A DNA stretch of 64,000 nucleotides, from assembly GCA_002633005.1 (NCBI GenBank), contig NMRA01000011.1, positions 95,400-159,399 on the forward strand. The letters are read 5' to 3'. The position numbers were made by a program, and so were the translations under genes. Of this stretch, positions 1-12,400 are shown piece by piece; positions within the stretch are counted from its first letter, which is position 1, and each line of letters starts with the position of its first letter. The stretch comes from Phoronis australis. Its lineage: Eukaryota; Animalia; Phoronida. The notes under the pieces are model-generated. The model was not told the DNA's origin. It did not search any database and worked only from the letters and a program-made list of their open reading frames with translations.

Positions 1-129
1 TGATAACGCTGTTCCTTTGTTGAGCGCTCTTGCTGCATTGATGTTGGTTTATCTTCTATTGAACTAGACTGTAGCCCATTTCTTATTGATTTATGACATC
101 TAAGTTCATCATATGAATGTTGTGATGTT

Positions 130-380
130 GTTCATCATCGCCACCACCATCATCATATTCGTCATCATCGTCATCATCTTCGTCATCATCTCCGTCGTTG
201 TCTTTTCCGTTAATTTCGCTTAGTGTCGCACAAGACTGTAACCTTTTTCTTACTGATTTCGGACTTCTACGTTCGTCATGTGTATGTTATTATTACTTCT
301 TTTGTTCATCCTCGCACCCATCATCGTCATATTCGTCATCTTCGTCATCTTTATCGTCATCTTTTTGGTTAATTTCGCCA
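130..380. repeat. Degenerate (TCA/TCG)n tracts, duplicated together with a downstream 'ttaatttcgc' motif
   Basis: Two catcgtcatc-rich tracts (about 130-200 and 305-362), each followed by tctttt..gttaatttcgc. Confidence 0.7.
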
Positions 381-1314
381 AGGTTCGCTCCTCGGAGCGC
401 TTTCATTTTTTTTGAAATCGTCACGTGCAATAAAAGACCAAAGTTTCCGTGTCAATTCAGAAAACAGACTTGTGGTCTTTACTTTTCACTTATATATAAT
501 TATTTGTTTTTTATATAAACTAATAAAGAATCTTAACACGAGTGTACACGGCGGAATTATTCAATTGTCTTCACGATATGAAGGAGCATATCATGTCAAT
601 TCTGAGCAAATTGATCCCAAGTTCTGGCATCATGCGGAGAAAATGGATTGCGCCCATGCATTTGGCGAGTCAAACAGATAATCGCTATTATTATTTTTGT
701 GAAGAAGTACCCCGGGGATACTGCGTACTCAGTCGAAACGCATGTACTACGGTGAGGGAGCTACAAATAATTGAACTGCACTAAGTATTCAGGACTTTTA
801 AGTCAAAACATTTGCTTGCAGTAAGGGATGGATATGTCAGAAGGGCGGTCTTTTGAAATTTTTTGTACGCCAGTGCGGTGCAAAAATTTACGGAGTGACA
901 ATACTTCACGAGATGCGTAGGCTATTTTTAGGGCGAATTAACTATATCCACCTGTGACAAGTTTCAAGGAGTCCACAGCCATGTAAAGATAACTCTGGAC
1001 ACAGGGTTGCGTTTATTCGTATTTACTAACCGTGGTTACTGTACATGTTTGTCGTTGATGGGACTGGCTCTTAAGTCGTAAATTGAACATGTACATGTAA
1101 GTGTAACACGAGATGAGCTGAAGGAAGACGTTTGTATGAAAAACACGTGGAATTACAGAGTTAGTCGGAACCCAAGTGTGATAGATGACCGCTTGCAACG
1201 ATACTCTATAATATACTACAATGTCTTTGCAACTTGACCGAAACGACAGGCAATCAAGACGTTACGTGTATTTTTACTGATTAGCCCGGTGCCCTACCAT
1301 GTTTACCACAGCTA

Positions 1315-1510
1315 CCGAAGGCGTGAAGAAAGCGTGAGGTAAGCGTGACGGAGGCGCGAAGAAAGCGTGAACGAGGCGTGAGGAAGGCGATAACTAAACC
1401 GGAGGTAAGCACGAGGACTACCTGGAGAGTAGGCGTGAGGCGACCATGACTGATTTCTGTCACGCCTGCGTTCCGGTTGCGCTCCGGTCTGGCCAGGCGT
1501 GAGGTAGCCC
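1315..1510 (+). repeat. Short degenerate GCGTGA-core minisatellite
   Basis: Recurring gcgtga(ag/gg) units, e.g. aagaaagcgtga twice and gcgtgaggta twice. Confidence 0.6.
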
Positions 1511-1584
1511 AGACGAAGTCTAAAAATTCAGTGGCTGTACTGTATGTGCCCAAAATAATCTGCCACATTCGCCTGAAACGAGTG

Positions 1585-2125
1585 CTGAAAGATTCCATGA
1601 TCATTGTAGTAAAAAATCATGACTGCTAATACTAGCACAATTCATCGTCGTAGTCAGTGGCGGATTTAGAGGAGGGTCATGGCCCCTTCCCCCCTAAAAC
1701 TCCCAGATTTCATTTGGTAATTCAGGGGTGGGAATATCTGACAGGCAAAATCCTAATACTCTGCCCTGGCCCCCCTAACCAAAAATCCTGGATCCGCCCC
1801 TGATAGTAGCTAGCAAGACCTTTCTCATCTGCTGAGTACAAATAGAATTCACGATCATAATACAGGTAGCTATAGAATTGCCCATCCTGACGCATGACAT
1901 GAGTATGAACAGAATTCATCATCATAGCTAGAATGACTTGTGACTGCTGAGTACAAACAGAATTTACAATCATAGTGCGGGTTGCTGGAGTGGCCTGACA
2001 TGACTGTTGAGTACAAACAGAACTATAATTCCACGATCATAGTACAGCTAGCTAGGATGACTTGTCGTGACTGACAAGTATGGACAGAATTCACCTTCGT
2101 AGTAGCTAGAATGACTCATGGCTGG
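1585..2125 (+). repeat. Degenerate ~50-65 bp tandem repeat (core tgactgctgagtacaaacagaattcacgatcatagt), interrupted by a MITE
   Basis: The core recurs near 1620, 1830, 1900, 1941, 2000 and 2068. Confidence 0.75.
1655..1802. mobile_element. ~150-bp MITE (CAGTGGCGGAT...ATCCGCCCCTG), hAT-like
   Basis: Terminal inverted repeats; a homologous copy lies at 9152-9304; degenerate 8-bp flanks gtcgtagt/atagtagc. Confidence 0.75.
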
Positions 2126-3086
2126 TCATCGCCCATCATGATTTGTGAAACTGTTTTATTCCCATTACTTTTAACGTTTACTGTTGCACTATTTGCCATT
2201 TCAGTTTCAGTCAAGCTGCATTTCACGGAATCATTGCTGGATCTTGCTTTTAATCAAATTTTGTACTGTATAATTTGCTAGTCTTGTGAAGGGAAAATTA
2301 AGTAGTTAAAACATTACAGCATAAGTTTGTTTGGCATGTTTCAATAGCGTGTTGTCGGGTGGTCGCACCATGCTGAGTTTGCATAGACTTCTCCGAGAGA
2401 TGAGCCCCACTGTTGCTGTTTTAGTTGCCATTTTGCCTCATAACTTATAAAATTCAGCATTTTAATGAAAATTGCACTGTGAACGCCACAAAATTTGACT
2501 GCTACTCTTCAATGATTTTACTTACCTTTGGTGGCTACTCGTGTGTTGGTGGTTGAAATTTTGAAAACTACTCATAGTAGAATGTTTTTGGAGATTGCTC
2601 GACAGCCAGAAAAGTTACATTATTTGGCTTTTGGTCAAAGTTTTCAAGTATGAGACGGAGGTTATTAAGAGCATTTTTTATCTAATGTTGAAAACTAGGG
2701 AACCTTGAGATGTCACTTGATATGCAGCCGTTCTGTAAAGTTACTTGTTTTACAAACTGAGATGCGTTGAGCTCCAAACTCATGGCTGTTGACTAGATCC
2801 ATTGTGGACTCAGATTTGCCATGCCTTTTAATTCAAATTGTCTTCGTACACAAAACAGTTTTCTTAAAGCTGGATTGCTGAATACTGCGAATTGGCCGCA
2901 TCTTAGATTTACTCGGTTACACCATAAAAACAATTTGAAAAGGTTTTATATTGAATAGACTAGTGATTGCGTCTACAGCAAGAACAACTTGTAATGCTTT
3001 CGTGTCTAAAGTCAGTAACTCTCTACTCTTGTTAGTGCATGCCACTGTAAACCTCGCTATGACAACAGAATCTTGCATTAAGTAAA

Positions 3087-3092
3087 TTTATT
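3087..3092 (-). promoter_or_regulatory. Candidate polyadenylation signal (AATAAA) for ADHFE1
   Basis: tttatt on + strand, about 265 nt past the stop codon. Confidence 0.5.
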
Positions 3093-3194
3093 GCATAATC
3101 AAAGTATAACATTAAAATATATAAGATAAATCATTTCAACAAATTTAGATGCATGTCACAATAAAATATATATCATTCACAAAGACTAGTGATT

Positions 3195-3245
3195 GCGTAC
3201 ACGGCGCACCTGATGGCGTACACGGCGCACCTGATGGCGTACGGC
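3195..3245. repeat. 21-bp tandem duplication (gcgtacacggcgcacctgatg, two full copies plus a partial third) in the ADHFE1 3'UTR
   Basis: Exact repeat visible; it gives VHGAPDG twice in ORF 3149-3442. Confidence 0.9.
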
Positions 3246-3354
3246 AGTACAATAAAGCTAATGCCTCACAAATAATTTCAAAATTTGATAATTATATAAC
3301 TTCATCATTCATTCGGGTCATGGTAGTAATTTTTATAAAAGGTAGTAGTCCTGA

Positions 3355-3438
3355 TCAATACACTGTCATTGAATTTTCGAAGAGAGAAGCCAGGTCCTCT
3401 TCAGTCTGGGGTCGAGGAGCCAGCTTAGTAACCCGATG
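3355..3438 (-). CDS. ADHFE1: ADHFE1 exon 14, terminal ([27 protein letters not shown])
   Basis: Acceptor ctttttcag; TGA stop at 3355-3357. Confidence 0.97.
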   Translation of the reverse strand, partial: HRVTKLAPRPQTEEDLASLFENSMTVY

Positions 3439-6400
3439 CTGAAAAAGATGTAAAGCGTACATGTACATCGTGTTTATGAATTTGTAACTTTTGGAATGAG
3501 CTCGTAGATTTAATTGTCCAGTGTTGTACATGGCTGCTGTCAGAGAGTTAATATCAAGTGCCATCATTATTTCACACATGATGAATGGAACGCCAGGCCG
3601 CTAAGTGTTCATTTCTGAATTTTCTTCAATAGCAATGATTTAGGCAAAGTGCATGGAGCAACACCAGTCGAGATGTTGAAATTTAGCCAGCATTAAAACA
3701 GATTGTAGACAAAAGGAAATGGAAGTCTAGGCTTTGTGCATCAAGAGTTTGTCAAATTCCGACATTGTCCAATTTAATTTTTGAACTACTGTACTAGGTA
3801 AATTGCAAAGGATGTGACATTGTCTTAGTGCAGTTCTGCATTCGGGTCAGGAGTCGAGAAGAGCAGGAAACTGATGGGTAAATATTCTAAACTGCTCCTT
3901 CGCGATGCTGAAGGCAGTGTACTGACTCATTGCATGGAGCCACAGTATCACATGCAATGTAGCTATGGACATTTTCTTACAAACAGTTAACATTGGGGAA
4001 GAACAGTTTAGCCCAAAACATATACCCAGTCGCATCTTTTTCCCCAATACAAGCCAGAGTAGAGTTCAGTAATGCTAGCCCCTTGTTGAAATCTGGCAAA
4101 AATTATGTGTTCTCATTTAAAATACATGGCAATATCACGTACTCTCACGAAGTCTTGGTTTTTAGCGAGGTCCTAGTATTACTGAACTCTACCCTGACCT
4201 ATAAATAACTATTGTAAGACATAACTCTTTGGTAAAAAAATGTGAGGGGCATGCTAAATTGTTCTTACTGTATAAGATGCTCTCGTGTATGCTATGACCG
4301 ACTGCACTGCATAGGGATGACCGTGGTCAAGGACAACCAAAGTAGAATATTTTTCATGTTCGGTTTGTGAGTTTTGTAGAGTTTATAGGTCCAAATGGTG
4401 GATAAACGTCATTACATGTCCTCCACTATTATTCCCATTACCAGACCACTTTTTCGTAGCTGGACCCCACCCTATGTGATTATCAACAACACACTTAACT
4501 TGACTGTCATACCTGTGGCAGTGTGCCCTTGACCAGGTCCGGTATATCTTGGCTGGTGTAACCCACAGCTTTCAGTCCATCATCCACTTTCATGTCCATC
4601 ATATAAGTTCTGAGGACCTCGCCCAGCACCTTGCCAGCGTCGGCCAACTTCTTGCCTCGAATGTCAGCTCCTGGCATAGACAAAACACATTGGTTCATGC
4701 CATCTTGCATCAATGTCCTTCTTGTCAGAATTACAATGAAGATTACTTTTAGTTATACTCAGTAATATCCATGATTCACACGAATTCTACCACTACAGCG
4801 AGACTTCACAGTGTAGCGATTAGCTTTTTTCCACCGAAAGGAAACTAAAGCACTACATACAGCTACAGCTGCAGCAGTTTCTCAGGGCTAAGCACATAAT
4901 TACCCCCAAAAACCAAAGATCTGGAAATGGACTGCATCTAATGTAGTACAATCCAGTTACCGGCTATTTTGTGAAACGAACCAATGAGGTAGCAACCATA
5001 CGCCTGGAGGAACAGGTGCCCAGCTGCCATCCAGTGATTTCAGCGCATCATCATAACGACTGCACATATTGTCCACACCCAAATGTTTGATGGTGTAATC
5101 CATGCAGGGATACATTACCAAGAATCTCAGCTGCCTCCAGGTGTCTCTCTGGACACATGGGAGCACAGAAGTTGAACACAGCTGGAGCGGACAAAACAAC
5201 TGACAATCCATGAGGCTGAAATGTTAAGATAAATGAATGGTAAAAGAATCAAGCTTGATTGCATCCCTTAGGCTAAAAGTGCATTTGGTTTTGGTCCGAT
5301 GGTTTTGAAAATTAACTCAGTATTTCCGAGTTGTTTCCTTTCAAAGACAAATTTACTTAAAAGCAGCTTATTACAATGTAAGTGATGCTTCAAAGTCTTT
5401 TTACCGAAAATTCGCCTGACATTGACTTATGTGGTGCAGCAGTATCATTTTATTTTAATTTTACAAAAACTTATACGATAACAGTTTAAGGTGCGACAAC
5501 GCTTTCTTATTCACTACTTACAAGGTGCAGACCAGAATCAAATAAGCTTCTATTGCCCTTACAGAGAAGCTATACAAAGTTTTTTACTTGTTACCATTTA
5601 GATGGGTATGTGCTATTCAAAACACTCGAAACAGTTTACAGCAGCGATGCTTACAATAAGAAGCAAGCCGAGACACAAAATCTTCCAACAAAATGGCTAA
5701 ACCCTATTACAGTCGGCGAAACGTGCCAAAGCTTGTTTCTAAGCCGACTTTCTGTTTATAGCTACAGTAGAACTTGCACAAATCAGATCAAAACTGGACT
5801 ATTATTATAAGGAGGTTTTAGCCATGCACTAGATGAAATTCCACTTAACGGAACGGTTCAATGCACAAAGTTGCATTTTCTAATAAAAGAACAGTCCATT
5901 TCTTTTCAACTGGAATCCGGTTCAATTCTGACAATTTTGACAATATCTCAACAGACGTTACATGTTATCAAAATCACTGTAAATTACTTTGCAAAGTCCA
6001 ATCACAATTATTTTTGGATGCTAGTTACAATTATAATGCTTCATTAAACTCTAGCTAAATTTAAACAAAAAACGTTTACATAAGTTCGTCACCTGAGCTG
6101 CTGAGTAATTTGAGGAAGAAGTTCCTCCAAGTTGAGCAGTCCGACAAAGTTCTGCCAGTATAACCAGCTTATTTTGAAATTACAGTCGTAGAATAACAAA
6201 TAACTCACCACCATAGCATGATCATCAGGATAATCTTGAGCTCTGTACGTCTTCACATTACCAGCTATAGCATAGGACATACCATGGCTGTTAGGAAACG
6301 AAACAATGTATGGTGAGCAGTCTTTTATATTATGTAGAACAGTGTTATAGGTACAGGCAAGTGGAATTTTATTTCATCAAATTTCTCCACAAATTTGTAC

Positions 6401-9400
6401 ATGTTAAAATTTTAGTAGGTGGTTATCGTGATTATATGGTATGGCACTCATCGAACATTTGCTAAATTTTCAGACATCTGTAGTTTTAATAGTAAAAAAG
6501 TCTACTTTTATAAACAGAAAAATTGCAAATTCAGTTTTTAAATAATGAAGCAGCAATAAGCCTGCTTTCCGTCGAAGGATACATGTAAGTGATTTGATTT
6601 AGACTATTCGCCAATATAAAATGGTCTCAACTTGATTTCTGTGTTTGCAAAGAACTGACATCTCGCTATTGCTCGAGATTCGTGTCCCACAGTGTCACAC
6701 TGAAAAACCCTCGAGTCGGGTTTCTATCTCGTCAACTCGGTTTTAACTGTATATTAATAAAATAAAAACGGTTCCAAGTGACCAGTGCAATGGGCCCCAC
6801 ATGCGTGACCTAAGCACGTCTGGTACAATGTGTATCTGACCGCCTGCAATTATTTTTTATATTACTCGAGACCATGCTCAGCAAGTAAAATGACACGCCG
6901 TGACAAGTCAACTTATAGAGCCTTATCGTGAGCAATAACAAACTGTCAAGTTCTTTCCAAGCCCACAAATGGCACCTATTTTGCCTAAGAAACAATTCAA
7001 GACCAAGTTCACCAATGGTAAGTGGTCAAATTCAAGCAAATCGGGATTATGGCATGAAATCGCCCAATACAGGTCTTATCATAGTCACAGCACTAAAAGA
7101 ATTTGAGATGCTCCTCTGTACGAAGAGTGGCTGATGTAGACTCCCTTCTGGTCACAATTCCGAATCCACCTGGTGAAACTAACCAACTTGAAAATGTGTA
7201 TCAAAATCAAACTTGGATAGGGTTGAGCTGTGGTAAAAGCGGGAAATTTGTGCTAGTTTGGGAGATCAAGCCCCTGTAATGACCTGTTAGCAAAACCGGA
7301 AGTCCTACAATTTTCCCGAGGTTGACATCGGAGAGAACTTCGAGAAAATTGCCATGTATACAGTCAGTTATACACGTTTGCCTCAGTCTTGAGATAGAAA
7401 ATGTTTACATACCAAACTGTACTCAAAAAGGTTCAAGGACTGTGTAATTCGCACTTTCGGAGATAGTCTTACAATTCTTTAAAACCAGTACGACGATGGT
7501 GATTCTCATGCACTAGCAGTATACGCTAAAGATTAGTCTTACACCCACAAAATTATGTTAATTCACAAAGTCTTAAGTGGAAATTTTCAAATCAAATAAT
7601 AAAGGAATTTGGAAGCAATGCCTTGTACACACAAATAAGTAGCCCCTAACTACTGTATATTAAGTCCTTGAACCTTATTTTGACACGATCAGTTCGTGCA
7701 TACTTACCACAAGTGCACTCCAGCATTACCAAAACCAATCCCTGCAAACGTACTAGCCAAATGCATGTTCTTTCTAGCTTCCATGTCATTGGAATCATAC
7801 ACCGACCTGCAATAAAAAACATGTGAGCCATTTAAAACTTATTTGCTGCCCACACATTTTATGATTTAAAGTAATATTGATCATAACTTCTCACCCCCCC
7901 CCCACTTCAAGTCATGCTAAAAATACTAGTAAGAATTTGGGAGTTTGTGAGCCTAATTACTTGATGGAGTACAATTGGTATTGTAATTGGTGTCAATATT
8001 TCAAGTATTAATGTAAAAACAGGTACAAAATCGACTTGGGTCAATGAAATAGCTTATAGATGTGAAATTCGCAATGATGTGTCCTTAACTCAAATTAGAT
8101 GGAAAGAACAGACCATTTGTTGTTGCTCAAGATCTGGGCCTGGGGTCTAATGTGTCTAGTACTAAAATGTCTCCTTGAAAACTAATTCATTACCTGGCAC
8201 TCATCGAATAAACTTCCGCATAAGTACAGGAATTAAGCTGCATGATTGGTAAAATTTTGAGATTAGTGTTTATCCCGGGCCTCAGCTTGTTACAGTAAAA
8301 ACAAAGCATGGTTTCAAACAATAAACAAAACACTTAGAAGTTCTTTCCAAGCCAGGAAACCACTTCTCATCAGATGAAGGGACTAGTTGAGATCTGTTCT
8401 ATAGCAACCAGCAGTCAAAGTGGAAAGTTGGTTTCTTTCAAGGAATGAGGGTTTATAGCTACTAAAAGCTTTTATCTCCCTCAGTCACTCCTCAGGGATG
8501 ATACGGGCATCCTTATCACGCAGCGTTGGGATACTTCCGGGAGGATAAGAACATGCTTTTCAAGCAGTGTTTGGACACTTCCGGGGCCTCTTTCTCTAAC
8601 AATATATTGGATTTTGACTTGGGCTATTAAAATCATTCTACAGATGGCTTAGCCTTATTCAGTCTCCAACTCAAAGACAAAAAACAAACGTCCAGAGCAT
8701 GCTCAAATATGCAGAAGGCAACACATTTCGAACATGATAAAAGTCGGATTTGAGCTGTTCGTAGCCAGATTTCTGACTTTGGTTGAAGACAAAGGTCGCA
8801 GGTGTTTTTTTTTTTCAACAGGAATACTACCTGTTGCAGCCCAAATCAAAAAACTTAACTAATGAACGGGGTACTACACTCTGCTTGAGCATATCAACAC
8901 TGAGAGATTAACTAAAAACTAGGGTGCCTTTAACTTTAAAAACAAAATAATGCTGTTCACCATGTGGCATTGCTAGTGAAGTCTGTGAAATCTGCAAGCG
9001 TGACTAACGCTTTACTGAACTGACGTCTGTGAGGAAAGACTACTTCATCCCTAGATCTACCGGGTCCACTTCATGACACAATTTATATTCCTCTGAACTG
9101 AGCAGTACAGTGGCAGCTAAGTGACAGAACGTGTTGTGGGTGCAAGCACTTCAGTGGTGGATTTAGAGGGGGCCATGGCACCACCCCCCCCTAAAATTCT
9201 CCCAGATTCCATTTGGCAGTTCAGTGTTGTGAATGTCTGACCGGCAAAATCCTGGCTAATACTCTGCCCTGCCCCCCCAACTCAAAATCCTGGATTCGCC
9301 CCTGCACTAAGCACCTTAGCCCAGAGCATGCAATCGACTAGATGTCCAGGCATTGCCTATACGACAAAATAGTTCCGAACTGTACTCTGATTACATAATA

Positions 9401-12400
9401 CCACATTCAGTTACATTATTAAAAATCTTAAAATGGGTACAGAGGTAATTTGTGGGTTATTTTAACACTGGAGTAATAGTTTCCTAATTTTACACACTAG
9501 GTGAATTTCATTGAATGCATCTGAAGCAAGATTCTTCACCTCAAACTTGGTTATATTCCAAACTAGAGTTGGTGATTGCTTAACATCTCATGGTTCGTAC
9601 ATGGGTTTAAAAATGCGTTTACCTTTTGAAATACTCCCTGATGATGCGTAGAGCATGCTTAGCCCACAAATCACTAATAGGGTTGCTTCCTTGATAGGCC
9701 GGGCGGTTTATAGGGTTCTCTGGACGTGGAGTGCGCTCACTGTATGGCACTGCTGTGTAAGACTCCAAGGCGTGGCTGTAAAGATGACACAAACGTCACA
9801 TAAGGCTGGTAACGAAGAAAATACGCAGTGATGATATCATATCCCCAGACGGCATGATATTTACCATCGTTTTGGTCCATGTTTTTGGTTGAAACCATTT
9901 GTTTTTCTTTAATACAATGAGTCATAAACACTCTTAATTACGAATGATAAAACAATGGACCGAATGTAGTTAATAAATGTTAACTCCATTTATTCCAGTT
10001 TGAAGTATGTCGTTTTGGCTTTACAGATAAGCACTGCATAAGACTTTAAAGTGGAACTTGCACGGTAATTCTTATCTCTGTTATTGCTTGGTCAATGTTT
10101 TTAATGATGAGTTTTGTGTCCAATATGACCACTCGCAAATCACTCAACTGTGTCCAGTAAGTATCACGAGGTGGTGTTTGGGAATGACACTACATGATGC
10201 AGGCTATGTGAACCTCCAAGCTATGTCATTAGTGCAAAAGTCACCTATTAGCAGATTTTTTTTTGTTTTCACATAATTTACAAGTTTTCAATGAATACAA
10301 TACTGCACTTTGTTTAGCGTAGATAATGTCCAAATAGCATTGTCATTTAGTTCTCATCTTTAAGCAACTTGACTGGGTATAAAAAACAAAACCAACGAGG
10401 AGGAATTATGGTTACCGACAAAACATATGATGATGAAAATTCATTCTCGAAAGCACTGCATTGAGCAGCAAGTTAAACTCTGATAACTTTAAAGTTACTG
10501 AATACCATTTTCTTCTCAATAAAAAATGTTCAATTTGACTCAAGAGACAATTACGCAATATTACTAATCAAATATTTGGAGAGTGAATCAAATGTATGTC
10601 GCCACCTGTAAATTTGCCGACAAAGTACCCCTAATGTCAATACAACTCCCAAGGGCAGACCTGCTGTAACTACAGTGCGGAAACCCTTTCTGAGCGATGC
10701 CCCCTGAGCTAAACTGATAACATGGCATAGCCTATTGAATGTCAAGTCTGTTCTATCTCAACTGAGCCAAGCTTTACTCACCACAGAACGTCAAAGCCAC
10801 TGTATGCCACTACCCTCTCAGGCATGTAGCGAGTGTGGAGGGGGTCAACAATGCCCAGCAACGGTCGAATCGCACGACTTCCAATGCCTAAACATACGAC
10901 AACAATCATATTAATGAGGGAGGAAGCAGCTAAGACCTTCACAAACGTTTACCAGAATCATTTCCAGCAATAACGGAATCAAATCATTCCTAAAACAACT
11001 AATTATTTCAAGCGGAGACAAAATCACATGAACTGTGACTGAAGTATTAAACTAGCAGTGACAGTGATTAAGCTTTTTAATCATTAAAACAAAATCCTTT
11101 ATTTCCTCTTGTTCAGCAGTTCAAAAAACAAGATATGAACTTAGTCACTAACTTTTACAAATAAATCTCAAGGCATTCCTCAATCTCGAAGTGTTTCTTA
11201 CCGTGATAAAACTTTACTTTCCGTTGTCACAAACAACATCCAGGGCATTTACAAGTCAAAAGTACTCTCAATAAAGCAGCATTTTGCCCCTATTAGGCTG
11301 TCAATTCTTAACCAAAGTGCTTTGGAGTTTAAAAAATTTACCTTACTCATCTCATCTTGAAAGTGTTGCGAAATGAGTTGGCAACCCCAATCACGGGAAA
11401 TTCGTACAGTGTGACCTTTTCGAATTAGCAGTTTTAGGGTTTGACTAACCTAAAAAATTCTAAAGTGTTTTTCCACATGTCATTGATGGTTTTGGAAAGG
11501 AACTAGAGTCCTATCACTGTGAAGAATGCCACAAGACTTGCTTCATGAGCTTAAGTGGTTTAATTCATTTTCATTTCTTGGCAGCTAACGTAGAAAATAA
11601 ATCTGAAACTAAATAAGGTGATCCAAATCCTCCCAAGGATACTATTGTTTCACGAAATGTAGAATATAAATAGGTAAATAAAACAACAAGAATGGATCAA
11701 CTGAAATTTTCGGATGTAATAACGTCCTTTGTCAACAGAAACAGAAATAAAGTAAAATCAAACACTAAACAGCTAAACAATGAGGAAGCGCACCAAGTGG
11801 AAAGGAAATGTAGTAGCTTAAAAGTACCTTGGGATCAATGCTAGTAAGATATTGCATAATTCATAACCTGGCTTACTAATTTATAACATCGATAAACCAG
11901 TCAATTTTGTAAAAGTCCAGACTGTCACTTCAAAAATAGTTATGATTACTTCTCTTAACAAAAAAACTACAGTAATTTGGTTTTAAAACGACTTGACATG
12001 TATCTAATATATGCTGCTACTTGCTATCATGGTTATGTTTACTTCTCAAAACACATAAACGGGATTTTTACTCTAAGATACCTAGTGTCCATTTGAAAAA
12101 TGCCGCCCCAATAAAAATGAGAAAATTATAAACTACTTTTACTAGCATAAATAGGTGATTGAAGACAAGACAACAACTGCCGCCTTAGACATAAAGGTCC
12201 CTCACCTGTCTTGGCTTTCAGTGGTTCATAGTCAAAGATGGACACACCTGTTGTTTCACTCCCTGTGCCAGAGGTGGTTGGTACTAAAAATAGAACACAA
12301 CAATCAAAACTTTAAGAGCTGGTGAAACAAAGACCAAATATTTTTATCAGAGTAAACGAAAATAAAGTTTACTTATGAACAAGAGATACAAATTTGGTGA

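Noticed and set aside
198-518. Ser-rich 106-aa ORF
   Set aside because: Derived from the degenerate trinucleotide repeat; non-ATG start.
1281-1604. 107-aa minus ORF
   Set aside because: Open because of the low-complexity GCGTGA minisatellite; no recognisable domain.
1585-2125. Repeat-spacer-like pattern
   Set aside because: Cores are degenerate and the intervening parts are related to each other; no cas genes.
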